DNA from: Fimbriosthenelais zetlandica
Lineage: Eukaryota
Direction of reading: 5' to 3'
DNA: 64,000 bases
NCBI GenBank assembly: GCA_977030845.1
Contig: OZ365114.1
Span: 22,568,001 to 22,632,000, forward strand
In this document: positions 25,752 through 38,061 of the stretch, piece by piece
How the letters are laid out: each line of letters opens with the position of its first letter
Numbering within the stretch: position 1 is the first letter of the stretch
Position numbers and translations under genes: made by a program
The notes under the pieces: generated by a model
What the model saw: the letters and a program-made list of their open reading frames with translations, nothing else
Told to the model about the DNA's origin: nothing
Databases searched by the model: none

Positions 25752-28700
25752 GTCAGTGAAAACAATTTCTTGCTACAATATATGTAAGCAAATGTTGTGG
25801 ATGTTCATATTTTCTCATCAGTCAGTCTATAATATTATACACAGGAATAATTAGAGTACGGGTACCACTTTATGTCTGACACAGGGGTAATTTCCACCTT
25901 TGAAAAATTAATGAGAATCCCACATCAAAATGCTGCATGCTCTTCAGAACCATATTGAAAGCATAATTATATATATGCATGTATATGCGCGTGAAGCCTG
26001 CATGCAGCGGTGACCTTTCAGGAACCTTCCTTATTAATTATCCCACTTTGTGGGACTCTACAAGGTTAAAACAATGTCTTAACATCCGACAATGCACAGT
26101 GGTAGATCACATTAAAACATCTTAATTAGTTTCCGTCTGAAGCCTCCTGCCAAGCCAAGGAGAAAAAATTTAATATCAAACAAAATATCAGTATATTGAC
26201 TAGAGAACTGGAAAAGGGAATTAGCAAACGATGTTCTCTAGTATGCAACCAACAATTTCCATAGAGAAAGTGAGGTTCTGAGGGCCCACGAAAGGTCGCC
26301 AAAGGCTTATTATAAAAATACAGGCCACATGCAATGACTTTTTCTAAAAGCAGCTTGGAAGGTTGTTAAGGGGGCATTTAAGTCATTATTGATGCCTGCC
26401 TTATAGATCTATGTCTTCTCAGTGTGCTATTTATTTTATGCAACTGATTAAATAGTTCTTATCATAGCATCCATATGTCCTATTCACAGATGTCATCTAC
26501 ATTATTTCCCAAAGTTTCTTGCTTTATCCGAGATGAGATTTGTCTTTGAAAATAGCTGCTGAGTTAATTAGATGCTTTTATGCATGTTTTTCCAATCCTT
26601 CTCTTGCGTTATGTATCGTTTTGTATCGCAAAATGTGTACTTCAAATTCTTTACTGAGGCAATAGCGGCAATACAAAATATTAGTTTGGCGTACACCCAA
26701 ATTGCAGTGGTACGGTACACTCGAGATGCAATCCACAATTAAAACATGTGATGGACCAAACTAAAAAGGATGAAATGTACTTAGTAACCAGAATCTGACG
26801 GATGCCTGAAACATTAAAAGGATCCTTCCAAAAACATTCAGATCCATAGGTGTTATCAAACAGGATCTGGCAAAAAAAGGGGATTTATTTTCGCATCTTT
26901 CCCCACCAATAGCGCCAATCTTCATGTTTTTATAAGACACTTTTTGATGAAGGACAAGAAGCTCTCTCTAAGTACATAACCCCTCTTAATGATTATTTCA
27001 TGGCAATCTGAAGAGGGAAAAAATGCCAGGAAATTTAATCACTCGGAGTCCAGATGCTCCCATGATTCAATGAGTTCTTTGCAGTATCATACTTTATCCT
27101 TTGATATGGGAATAAGGGGGGCACATCCGATAAAAGCAAGTATTGCCTTGTTAAAAAAGTCGTATAACCTACTATTATAAACAATTCACGTGTCCTGTGT
27201 AAACATTGTATGACTTTTGGCAGTGTATAACGTCTTGTGACTTTATAAACTTATCTCTGACTGAATCTCCATCCAGCTTACCAATTAAGCTGAATGGCGT
27301 AAATATCAATGCACAGCTAGGCACATCAAGCATATTTTGCCTTTTGGGAACTACCAGAAGACAATGTTAGAATGACATTTGTTTATTGCCTAGATTTGTT
27401 CCCTGGGAAAGATCAGCGAACACTGTTGAAACAATAATTAGGCAATCCAGTAAGCTCAAATGGTCTCAGGGTTAGGAACAAGAAATGCCCACAGGGAATA
27501 CTATTCAATGCATTTATGACGAAAGAGAGAGAGGTTGTTATAGAGAAATCAGATGAATAACACTTATACAGGAAAATTACTGGGAACCTGAGACGCAAAA
27601 TCAATGAAGAAGGTTGAGAGAACTGGAGATACAGTAACTTTGGTCAGGTCAGATGTACCATCCATAATCAATGAGAACTTTCTCCTTTCAAATGTGTGAG
27701 GAGACACGGACTTGTCCTTTAGGGGACAGCTTGTCCTCTAAACAACATACATGATTGATATACCATGCATGCTCAAGGTACCTATATAGGAATGGCCCAC
27801 ATATTATGCCTTTCTCTGTTTTAGGCAGTTTCCTTTAGTTGACAAAAAATACCGTAAATTCATAATTATTTCATTCACATGTCTATGATTAATTAATCTA
27901 TGTTGGACTAATTACTCTATTGTGTATTTCATGCATGGCATAAATTCATATTATTTGTGTGACTGTCCTAATTAATGTTACTATTAAAGGTTCTATTGTT
28001 GGCTAATCAGGCTAATGAAGGTTTCTATTGTATTCGTATATATAGTGCCTTTCTGCATGGGGTCCTTCTCTGTTTGGACCATAGCCTACATCGCCAGGAG
28101 AGGCAGAACCTCAAAGGGACAAAACCTTCATTAATCAGCCTGCATTAATTATTAATGTAAAGTTCTGTGCTTTAACTATGAGGCCAAACTGTCCTCCTGT
28201 CCTCCTGAGGACACATAAAACATCTTTCTTCACACAGGAGAGCTCTCTGGGGTTTAAATCTGGTGCGATAAATTGTAACCTAGGTAGAGAATGGGCCCTT
28301 TGCCTAGTCCAGTCAGCCAGGTACTTTTACAAACCCTTTTATGTACCTTTCATGGAGCTTGAGAATAGAACTTAATAACGACTGAGGACAAGAGACTTCA
28401 AGGCCTCCAGACTCTTTTTTCTACTGTCGAAATGGATTTTCTTTTTCATGGTACTCTGGTATCATGGGGGGATATCCTATTCCAAATCCAAGCCCTTTAA
28501 GAAATGGCTGAGGAATCACAGGCAGGAATTAATGCAGTAGGAAGGGCAGGTAATTTAGTCTATTCGCTCTTTAAATCAGCTCATGAGCCCAAATTACATC
28601 CTTAAAGGATAAGAAAAAGTCTTGATGTATGATTATGCACGGCATAAGTTCAAAGGTAAGCCATATAAAGCGATTAGTCTCTTTGTGTGAGGGGCAAACG

Positions 28701-31218
28701 AATAACAATGTGATGAAGCATTCAAGAAAATGAGACAAGGAACAAGCCCTTTATGTCGTGCTAAACTCTCTCAAGTGCATCCATGAAATCCTTATGTGAG
28801 ACAATGTACATCTCTCTAAGGTAGTTCTATGGAAATTAACTTCCCTCTTCACTTGGACCTGTCCACAGTATTGCCTAGTGCTTTACTTGGCCATAAAGCC
28901 TTCTTAATTAATAAGTAGTTTTTTTGCCTGCATAGATTTTGTTTCACTTATCCTGATATAAACTATTAATAATATTATTTGTTTTTGTACAGCATTTAGA
29001 TTCAAAATACTGTTTAGAGAGTAAGAGACTGACCAAAATAGGTTCTATCATTAGTCCTTGAGGGACACCAAATGTTTTTGGCTAATATTCAGAATTTTAC
29101 ATTACTTTTATATCCTGTTACTGTCTAAACCTTTTAATATCTTTTCATCAAAAACCCCTCTCTATTTCTAACACAATATTATCAGATTACCCACCCAAAA
29201 CAAACAATTGAAACCCTATCAAATACCTTAAGTAATCTACAAAATTAAGTTCTGTCTCCATGTAAGTGTAGTCACATTTTAGGTGTGATCATTATCACAT
29301 TCTGATGAATATACGACGTCTAATCATCATTTGCACTTGTATACCCCTCTTCAGATGATGAAATAACGACTTTCCATGATAAAAGGTGTGTGAAAGGCAT
29401 TCTTACCAACGCTAACTCTCTTCCTTCCCACTGCGGGAGACATGTAGTTTCTGATAATGTGTGATAATATGAAATGCTTAGAGGTGTTGTAGGGTACTTT
29501 CCATATCTTAATGTGGGAAGACAAAATGCTTCCTTGGTGTTTCAAGCAATCTTCTGCCAAACATTTTATTGGCGTATCATCACCTCCTTATGGAATCTGC
29601 CATCACACAGCACATGGAAATTTCCTTCTTGAGACAAGGAATCAATGGGGAAGCAAATTCTATGCAAAATGTTTTATCCACAATATATTAAGAAAAATAA
29701 TATATGATAATTCTTTATTTCCAAAACATTGCTTTACTCTTGCCGGAATCTTCTAACTTCAAAAGAGTTCCATTTCCATGATTTGCTGTGCGAGGCTAAA
29801 GGCACTTGTGAACTTTGGCCATAAATCGGTTCTACGTGGTGTTAAACCAATTTGCAAAATGGACAAAAAGGAGCTTTTGGAAAAGATATCAGTCACCGTG
29901 TAACAGCTACTTCAGATTAGATTGTTAGATGTTTAAAAGAGGAATGACTGTTGTTCCTTTGGCTGAACCCGGTGATGAAAGGTGTGTGTAGGTATTACAG
30001 TTACACGTAAGAGGCCTTGGAAATAACACCGTTAATAACTGCATAGTTAATATATAGTGAAAGCCATACAATACAAGCCACGGATCATAAAGCATTATAA
30101 TTGTGATCAAGTGGAATATTTCATACCTTGGTATCAGCAGCAAGCCTAAACATAGCATTGCCTTGTTTTCAACCGCCTTTAATCTGAGTTTAATCTCGAT
30201 GGAGGTTGTCAACATGGAGATAAAGGAATGGAGGGATCAGACAACACCACATCAACACACCGCACACAGTCTTGTTTTACCTCGATTAAACCAGCGCTTA
30301 ATGAGGTTTCCTTCCACCAGGCAACCTTATCCTCCACATAAACATCAAAGATATGCTACCTAATTCAAGAAAGGCTTCCCTTTCACCACCTCCTCAACCT
30401 CCTCTTTCTCCTACTAAAGCTCCTTATCCATATGTCATCGTGTTTCTGATGGGACTGCCTGTTGGAGCTGGCATGAGATGAAAATAAATTCGGGTTCCCT
30501 TCGTTGCTCTTAATTTCACCAATGTGGGTGGAAGCCCCATCAGAACAGCTATATGGTTTGGTGGAAATGAATATACTAGCACTAGTGTAATAATCCCAGA
30601 GGTGCATTAATTTCCTGACAAAAATAAAGCCCTATTTTGGATATGAGCACCAAATGAATCATTTGGGATGAGAAATTTTCATGTGAAATGCATCTGGGTA
30701 TGGTCGTTTGTTAAACTTTGGATGCCAGAAAATGAGAACATGATTGAGAGTTTTCAATTCACATTCAGACCTGCCCCAGGCAGAATTGCAAAGGAATTCA
30801 TTTTCGAATCCTTGAATTCTAATTTAATTCCTAGTATGGAGCAATTGAATTTCTGTGTTGACAGTGTAAATTCTATGCACATCGATTCAGAGATCAAGTC
30901 TGAACATTTTGTAGCGACTCATTGTAACCGAGGTTTTGTCTTTGACGCAGTCGTCCTTGAAGCAGCCACATTGCTGAACGTGGGAATGGGTACAGGCCCA
31001 ATAACATCTGCCATAGATTGCAGGCGTATAGAGAAGGACATGGCAACTCTGAAGCCTCTCACACATTAACACGTTGAGGTGGGAAGTCTGGTCATCCATG
31101 GGGAGGCTTAATCCCCGGAATTAAGGGTCATGTGTCACTGAACTGCCTCCATGTCAAATATTGGCTGTGATAAATCTCACACTAACAAAGATCTAGCATC
31201 CTATAACGGAGCAAAGCT

Positions 31219-31256
31219 GCAAGGAAAGTACATTGGCAAGGAAAGTACATTGGCAA
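31219..31256. repeat. Perfect 17-bp tandem duplication
   Basis: GCAAGGAAAGTACATTG twice, followed by GCAA. Confidence 0.9.
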
Positions 31257-34200
31257 TGGCTTTGGTAGTATATCTCAGGAAGACTTCTGAATCCTCATAT
31301 TGGAACAGGCTAGATTGAAAGCATTGTAAACCTATAGAGGCCCAAGATGGGCATTAAGGACACAACATAAAGGACCCTGTGGGCAATGACAGATAACAAC
31401 GTTAAGGTATAGTGCAAAGATGAAAAGGCTTAGAAGAGGGAAATGTATATTTTATGAAGCAAACTAATGGATGAAACTAAACTAACATGTGACATATTAG
31501 AAAGAAGGGCAACAAGTAATCGTTCTCAAAATTTTCCAATTCTACCAACGATATTCTGACGTGAAATTTCTGTCAAATCATGTCAAAAGTGGGCATTGTA
31601 TCATCAAGTATACCCTAAATACCCTTGCGAAAACTATACTTGAATGAAATGTTGATATAAGCCACACAAAGAATGAAATACGATGGTTAGTTTTAATCAC
31701 TTCCACTCCAATATAATTTATAAAGGACGAATGGAAAGTTATCGTTATTAATGCAGAGGTCATTCGGTTAGTTTAGTCTGAAAATGAATTTGAAATCACG
31801 AATTTCTTGTGATGAATTGCACATGTGCTTATGAAAATCTGGGGAGGCATTTTCAATTAGTTGAAATAGGATCCGTGCAAGTCTGCCTTAAAAGCTGTAA
31901 TTTGTTATATAAAAAGAAACAAACAATTCAAAAAAGCATTTTCTTTTATATAGAATGAAACTTGTGCAAAAAGTGAGACGCTAATTAGTTATTATATGAT
32001 TCGTTAATCATATTTCCTTTGTGGGCAATGTTAACGTTAACAAATGGCCCCACATGCGAGTAACATGACCAGCCAAAGCAATAGATGCACAGCATGTCCC
32101 ATAGAGGCAATTGGTAAAGCAATACGGAGTGGCATTTAGCTCATACAATAGAGTCAGCATTGAATTTCACCTACAGAGTGCTAACTGGGATAAGGTCAAT
32201 GTGATGCGAAGATGCAGGCGTCTAGATTTCCCCTGTGTGGGAGCGCCCAATGTCTCCTCAGACAAAAGATCTACACTGAAGGTCTGTCAACAGATGGAGA
32301 GACGGCTTTACTCTTCCCAGCCCAGGTTCAGCCAGCACCCAGCTTTACACACAGTAGGCGCATTGAGATTTTATTGAAGCATTCATCTTCTTATCATATG
32401 AGAAGACTTGTTCTTCCCTGTGTAAGTCCAGTCCTAATGCCAACTATGAGAGCCCCCCTTTAAGCCAAGATCTGTATGTAGATTACTGACACCAATACTA
32501 AACCACTTTAAGAAGAGCAAGGCATGCCTGGAGAAATTCAATAAGAACCAGACGACATTTATTGAACAACTCACCATATGGAGACATCAGTCAAGGACGT
32601 CCCAGCTTTATCTAAAAAAAAAAGAATAGGAATATATGGAGATAGGCAAGTGATCTGTACATTATGTATGCATGTGAAGCATGACTACATGAGCATCCAT
32701 CATATAACCATAGTAAATACCATAATTAAACATTTCCCACCCCATAATATTTGCGCCAACAGAGAACTTGTTCCGCAGAATGCCTGAATTATATGAGGCG
32801 TGCTCCCCACACACTTTCTCCACACTGCGTCATTATGCATACATAGGGAGTCTGTGTGGTGGGTTTCTACTGTGAAATCCTCTAATACTATTAAACAGTT
32901 TCCAGAAAATCGCAAAAGTAATCTGGAGGGCTTCACTTGTGTTAAGTGGATTGGTACAGAGTTCTTATCCTAAATTCTCGGATGTTAGTGTATTTTGATT
33001 AATAAGGCCCTCTTAGGCCTTTTTACTTAATCATGCTCATGAATGTTTAGGGAAATAAATTTTTTAGGATGATGATCCCTCTTTAATTGATGTTGTTGAT
33101 ATAAATACTGGTTTGGGAACTTGAAGATGTTTTTAATGGGAAAAGCCACTGAATTTTAATTTCACAGTAGAACGCTTTCATATAAACATGTCGGTTAGTT
33201 CCGTTAGTTACTGCAAGTGGTTAAACAAATATGGCACACACGTACAGTATGTACACAAATTAAATGACCTCAACATATGGAATGTGGCAGCGTTGCACAA
33301 CAATGGTTTAGCCAATGGTTGTACAATGACCTGATATGTCTTTGTGTATATTGCATTTGAAGATTAAATTAAACAAATGATAAAATAATATCATAATGCC
33401 TCATTGAAACATGAAACATTTGTTTTCGCAGCAATGAACTTATTTTCAAGATGAATTGAAATAGACAGAATCAAATTTCATCCACGATCCATCAGAGGCG
33501 GAAATTCACGCACGCCTTGGATAATGGAGACAGGAAAAGATCATATTTCTCTCACTGATGTCAGAAATCACACAAAAGGAAGCAAAGTAAGCCTTTTGGC
33601 TACGGAAATTGTGGAGAATGCCTATGTACATATATATATGCATGCATGTAATGTAATAGAACCCTCACAGGCTTATCTTGCGGACATGGCCTAATGGATT
33701 CATTTACTTTTTCAAATGACCCTTTCAACACTATCTATCCTTCTTTTCCTCTGCAGTCTGAGACAGGATTGATGTTTTTCATGCACCAGTAATGGGTTTC
33801 ATAAGTGGGTTCTACAGTATAGACAACTATACAAAGGCCATATAATTCAATGTTCATATTATCAAATCTAACAGCAGCCGCCCTAGCTCCCAAAGGTCAT
33901 TCTGAATGGAAAGCCTTTGAATTATAAGAATGCTCACCTCTTTTAAATTCATATTCTGTGATATGCGTACTATTCCAACACTTTATTCATGGTCGAAATA
34001 GACTTTTAATATTTTAGCAGCGCATCGGAAGCTCAGCTTACCTCACTGTTATTAGCATTGTTAATCGATCAACATTTTTTGATCAATCAGAAATGCTTGA
34101 AGGTAGGATTAGACTGGTAACTGCTCACTTCACTCAGGAAATGCCACACTGGTGTTTTAATAATGGCTTTAATCCATTGGGGGTCGATGTTGCCTGAATG

Positions 34201-35976
34201 AGTTTATAATGATGGACACAATGATTGCTTCCCCTCTAACTAGCTAGCCTCAATGGATGCATGATTAAGTCAGGGAAGATGATTTCTGACAAAAAAGCGA
34301 AATTGAAGGATCACAAATACAATTCAGAGGCAGCACTTGATCGATGGGTCATTACGACAGAAGCTTATTTTGTAGAAACCCCTTTGGATCTGGGAGCCTC
34401 AGTTGAACTTCCGGTTTGGAATGGCCTGGAACACCCGCTATCCAAACATTAGATTTGTACAGGCACTGGGCTGAGCAGTTAGGCCAAGGATGAAGCTTTT
34501 CCTATTACTTTCTGACTCCAGTCATTTACCTTCTACTTTTTTTTCAGATCGTACTATTTTTGATATCTTGCTTTCATTTGCTCAGGGAACCATTTCCTGT
34601 TGAATCCTGGTTTCGCACGTGCTGGTACAGGATTACACATCACGCCGTCATTTTCCAGAATACTAAGACATTTAAGATGAGACCACGGCAGACTGATTAA
34701 TTATTGAAAGGAATCTCTCCAGACTAGACCTTTGCACAGTCCATCATGAATATGGCTGTTGACCCAGTATCTAAAGGTTCCGCCTTCACTGATTTCTGAT
34801 TACAGAAAACAGCATTCCAGCTGAATATGGTTCAGAGTTGTGAACCTGAAAAAATGACTTCATCAGGAATTCTAGGTGAAGATTTCTCCAGAATCTCCCT
34901 TGATTTGAAGACATTGCCTTGAAACCTCCTTCAATTTCCAGCCATTTTTTCTTTGGTCACAAAGACCTTATTCTCAGCACGCGTAAAGATTTTATTACCC
35001 ATCGCAGGCCAAAGGAGGACCCTCTTCTGTCAAAAGCCAAGGGATTTACGGTTATTGGACGCATGTTGGACACAAAAGAACAAATCAAATGCTGTCTCTT
35101 GAATTTTTTATCATCCCAGTGTTTCCTTCCCATCTCTTATTTTCGGGCCCTTAGAAACCCCACTTAAATGAGGCACCATGCATAAAGGATGACTGGAGTA
35201 ATTGTTAATATATGCCTTGTCATAATCACCTCATTGCATGAAGTGCCATCAGACACAGCTTATATACCTTAACCTATCCTTGATTACAAAATGGTGCACC
35301 AACGAATAATCAAAGCAAGCCGACTAATATGTTACTTGAGAACTGCAGACATGTCAATTATTCTGAGAGAGCAATGTCCACAGTATAAGTAATAAAAGTT
35401 CTGATGAATTCAGATCTGGATGATAGATTTCAGGGAAATAGAGCCACTTTCATATCTCCTTTCCGGGCATACAATGGCTATGAAAACAAGGCTCTAGAGA
35501 TATTCCAGCCTCTGTAATTAATTGAAGCTGAGTTAAAGTGGGGAGGAAGTACCATATGCTTAATATTTTATAAAGCTATCTCTTGAAATAAGCCTGCAAA
35601 TGCAGAAGTAATATGCATGAGTGTGAATGTATATATGTTTTATACTTCCTAAGTTTAAACATGTACATGTATTCCAGGTATGCTTACATGACAATGTTTT
35701 ACCTTCTTTGATCTGACTTTATTATAATAATTTATAATAAATACAATGCTGGTATCCAGTAACCTTCATCTGTATATATATGAGGAATGACAATAGTGTG
35801 GATGACTTACTGTAACAAAGAGAATACTGCTGAATGAGCAGTTTTTATATTGATGAGGAGAAGACTATCAGAGACAGGATATATACAGATATGGGAAATG
35901 GAAGAAACCATTGAGAGACGATGATCCTCATTGGCTATGTATGATATTTATGAAGGGAGTTTTATTATATATATCT

Positions 35977-36082
35977 GAGAAATAGAGAGCGAAAACGAGA
36001 TAGAGAGACGGAGAGGGAGAGTACGAGGGAGAGAGAGTGAGAGAGAGGTGGAGGGGCGACCGGGGAGATGGGAGGGGAGGGA
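35977..36082 (+). repeat. Degenerate (GA)n polypurine tract ending in a canonical G-quadruplex motif
   Basis: About 105 bp of almost pure purine. GGGG-AGAT-GGG-A-GGGG-A-GGG at 36062-36081. Confidence 0.75.
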
Positions 36083-36191
36083 GTAGTACACTGCCGACTC
36101 CCATCTTATAACATTCTCTAAAAGGCGAGAAAAAGGACATTGATCTCTTTGTCAAAGATTTAGGCATGAGAATGGGATAGACCGCTCCCTA

Positions 36192-36224
36192 GGGGTGGGT
36201 GGTTAAGGGGAAGCTATGGAGGGG
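36192..36224 (+). other. Second G-quadruplex-capable motif
   Basis: GGGG-T-GGG-TGGTTAA-GGGG-AAGCTATGGA-GGGG, with loops of 1, 7 and 10 nt. Confidence 0.45.
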
Positions 36225-37932
36225 TTAGGACGGAGTAAGGTCATGAATGCATGGTCATGAAGCCCAACAGTTCAACAGTAGTCAAAAGTAAGGGAGTGTC
36301 CATGCATAATGTTCCCGCCCACGGTCTCACAATGTCTCTAATGATTCTCAATGATTTCACAACTGACTGGAAAAGATCACATTCTATACTGGCGTACTAT
36401 GTGTCAGCCATTCCTAATGGATTCAAATTGCACCAACCCTGGTCCCAAATAGGACATTGTAAGACGAGAGATTGGCTTTCCTTTCCCTTCCATGTGATTC
36501 TAAATGCGGCACAGGCAGTCATGCCCATTTACAGAAAGTCTTTTTCCTACATTAAATGCATCGGAGAAAAAAAAACGCAAACGCCATAATTAAGTCTGTA
36601 ACTTTTACACGGGTGCATGTATCAAAATGTAATTATTGTTCGTCAGCCCCTGCATTTGAATGAGATACTCCCTGGAAAAAAGGCTGCAAATGCAATACCT
36701 TGTTGATGCCATTCTTTGCAAATGTGAAGAAGTCCATTAGCTGCTCTTCCTTGACTTGTCTGGCACGTATGGACATAGAAAAATCCATGGACATAAAAGT
36801 ATTGCTACTCTCGCTCCATGGCCAGGAAAGAGTATTGGCAGTGGGAAAGTAGGGGGAAAAATAGCTGCAAGATGTGTCTTCCAGATTGACATCTCTAGGT
36901 AATGCAAAGGGAATCTTTTTTTAGCCAAAGCTTGGGTTAGGCGAAGCAGCCAGGTCGGTAGCCGGAGTGAGTCTATCTAGGAGCTGGGCAGTAATCTGGT
37001 CAAAGTGTGATAATGTCTGGCTAAAACCCCAGGTCCCTTTCTCTTAACTTTCACCGATGCAGGCAGGGTTGGGAAAGGACTGCTTTCCATTCAAATTATC
37101 CAATCAATGGGCACTTCCGGTGAGCCAAATATCTGCCGAATAAAGAAATTCTACTGTAAAAGGAGAAGTAGAGCCTATAGGCAGTATTACTCTTTTGGTC
37201 TTTGGCCAATAGCTATCCCGAAAGGTTGATTCTGCAGCACATTTCCGATACTTTCACTAGTTCCAGAGGGTCACCAAGTCATTATTTTTATCTACATATA
37301 TATGTGGTTCTCAACCAAGCTGATCACCTGAAATGAGCCTTTACCATGGGAACGCTTATCAAATTAGGTAAAATGCATTTAAGCGAATGATCCAATGAAT
37401 AAGTCACAGCCTTTAAGAGCCGGAGTCTAATACATCACCATTGATTGGTCTTTGGTTTAGAGAGAGTTTAAGGTCCTCCTTTGCATGTAATAGATTGGAG
37501 ATGGTCTCAGCTCTAGTGGGGCATGAGACATGATGAGAGAGCCTGGTCAGAACGGGCCCGGAAGTGATTAGGGCTCTTCATGCTTCTTACGCCTCTTGTT
37601 TAGTTTACACTTCGTTGACCAGATTTTCCTTCACCATAGAGTGTACGCTAGATTCTGTAGACAAGCGTGATGTACTTGGAATCATGCAGGGTACATCTAA
37701 GACGAGCATCGGGGGGTGTTCCCTTTGGTGTACAATGTGCCCCGTGGCTGGACCTGTCTATAGACAGAACCATCCAGCTATATGGTCCTCTGTCAAGGAT
37801 CTTCTTTTGGTTGTCATTTCAAAAAATTGTTAGTGTCGGGTTCATGAGTTAAAGTTGTATACCAAATTACCCATGTATATGTCTGATAGAACCTCTATTG
37901 ACTGATCGTCAAAATCTTCTTTCTCTTTGCAG

Positions 37933-38061
37933 GATGGCCTGGTCAGAAAAGTCACAATGTTCCTGCCATCTTTGCAGGAACCATCAGGAAAGAAAACATT
38001 ATTCCTTGGGCAGACATACTGATATCAGAAAGCCCAGACTTTCCAGATAAGCCACCATGAG
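37933..38061 (+). other. Candidate exon (129 nt) ending in a Kozak-context ATG
   Basis: Branch-like CTGAT near 37902, acceptor AAAATCTTCTTTCTCTTTGCAG|G, and consensus donor GAG|GTAAGT at 38062. The exon ends GCCACCATGAG (ATG at 38057-38059). All three frames contain a stop when read from the acceptor. Confidence 0.5.

Noticed and set aside
30668-31069. 133-aa ORF (and similarly 17030-17419, 3936-4280, 36251-36589, 49708-50043)
   Set aside because: At this AT content the longest chance open frame in six frames of 64 kb is about 135 codons. No domain, splice or compositional support.
34042-34285. Minus-strand exon candidate (donor GAG|GTAAGC) as a distal AstC-R 5' exon; similar donors at 20548, 48045 and 56690
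   Set aside because: Several equally good minus-strand donors exist, and none can be preferred without transcript data.
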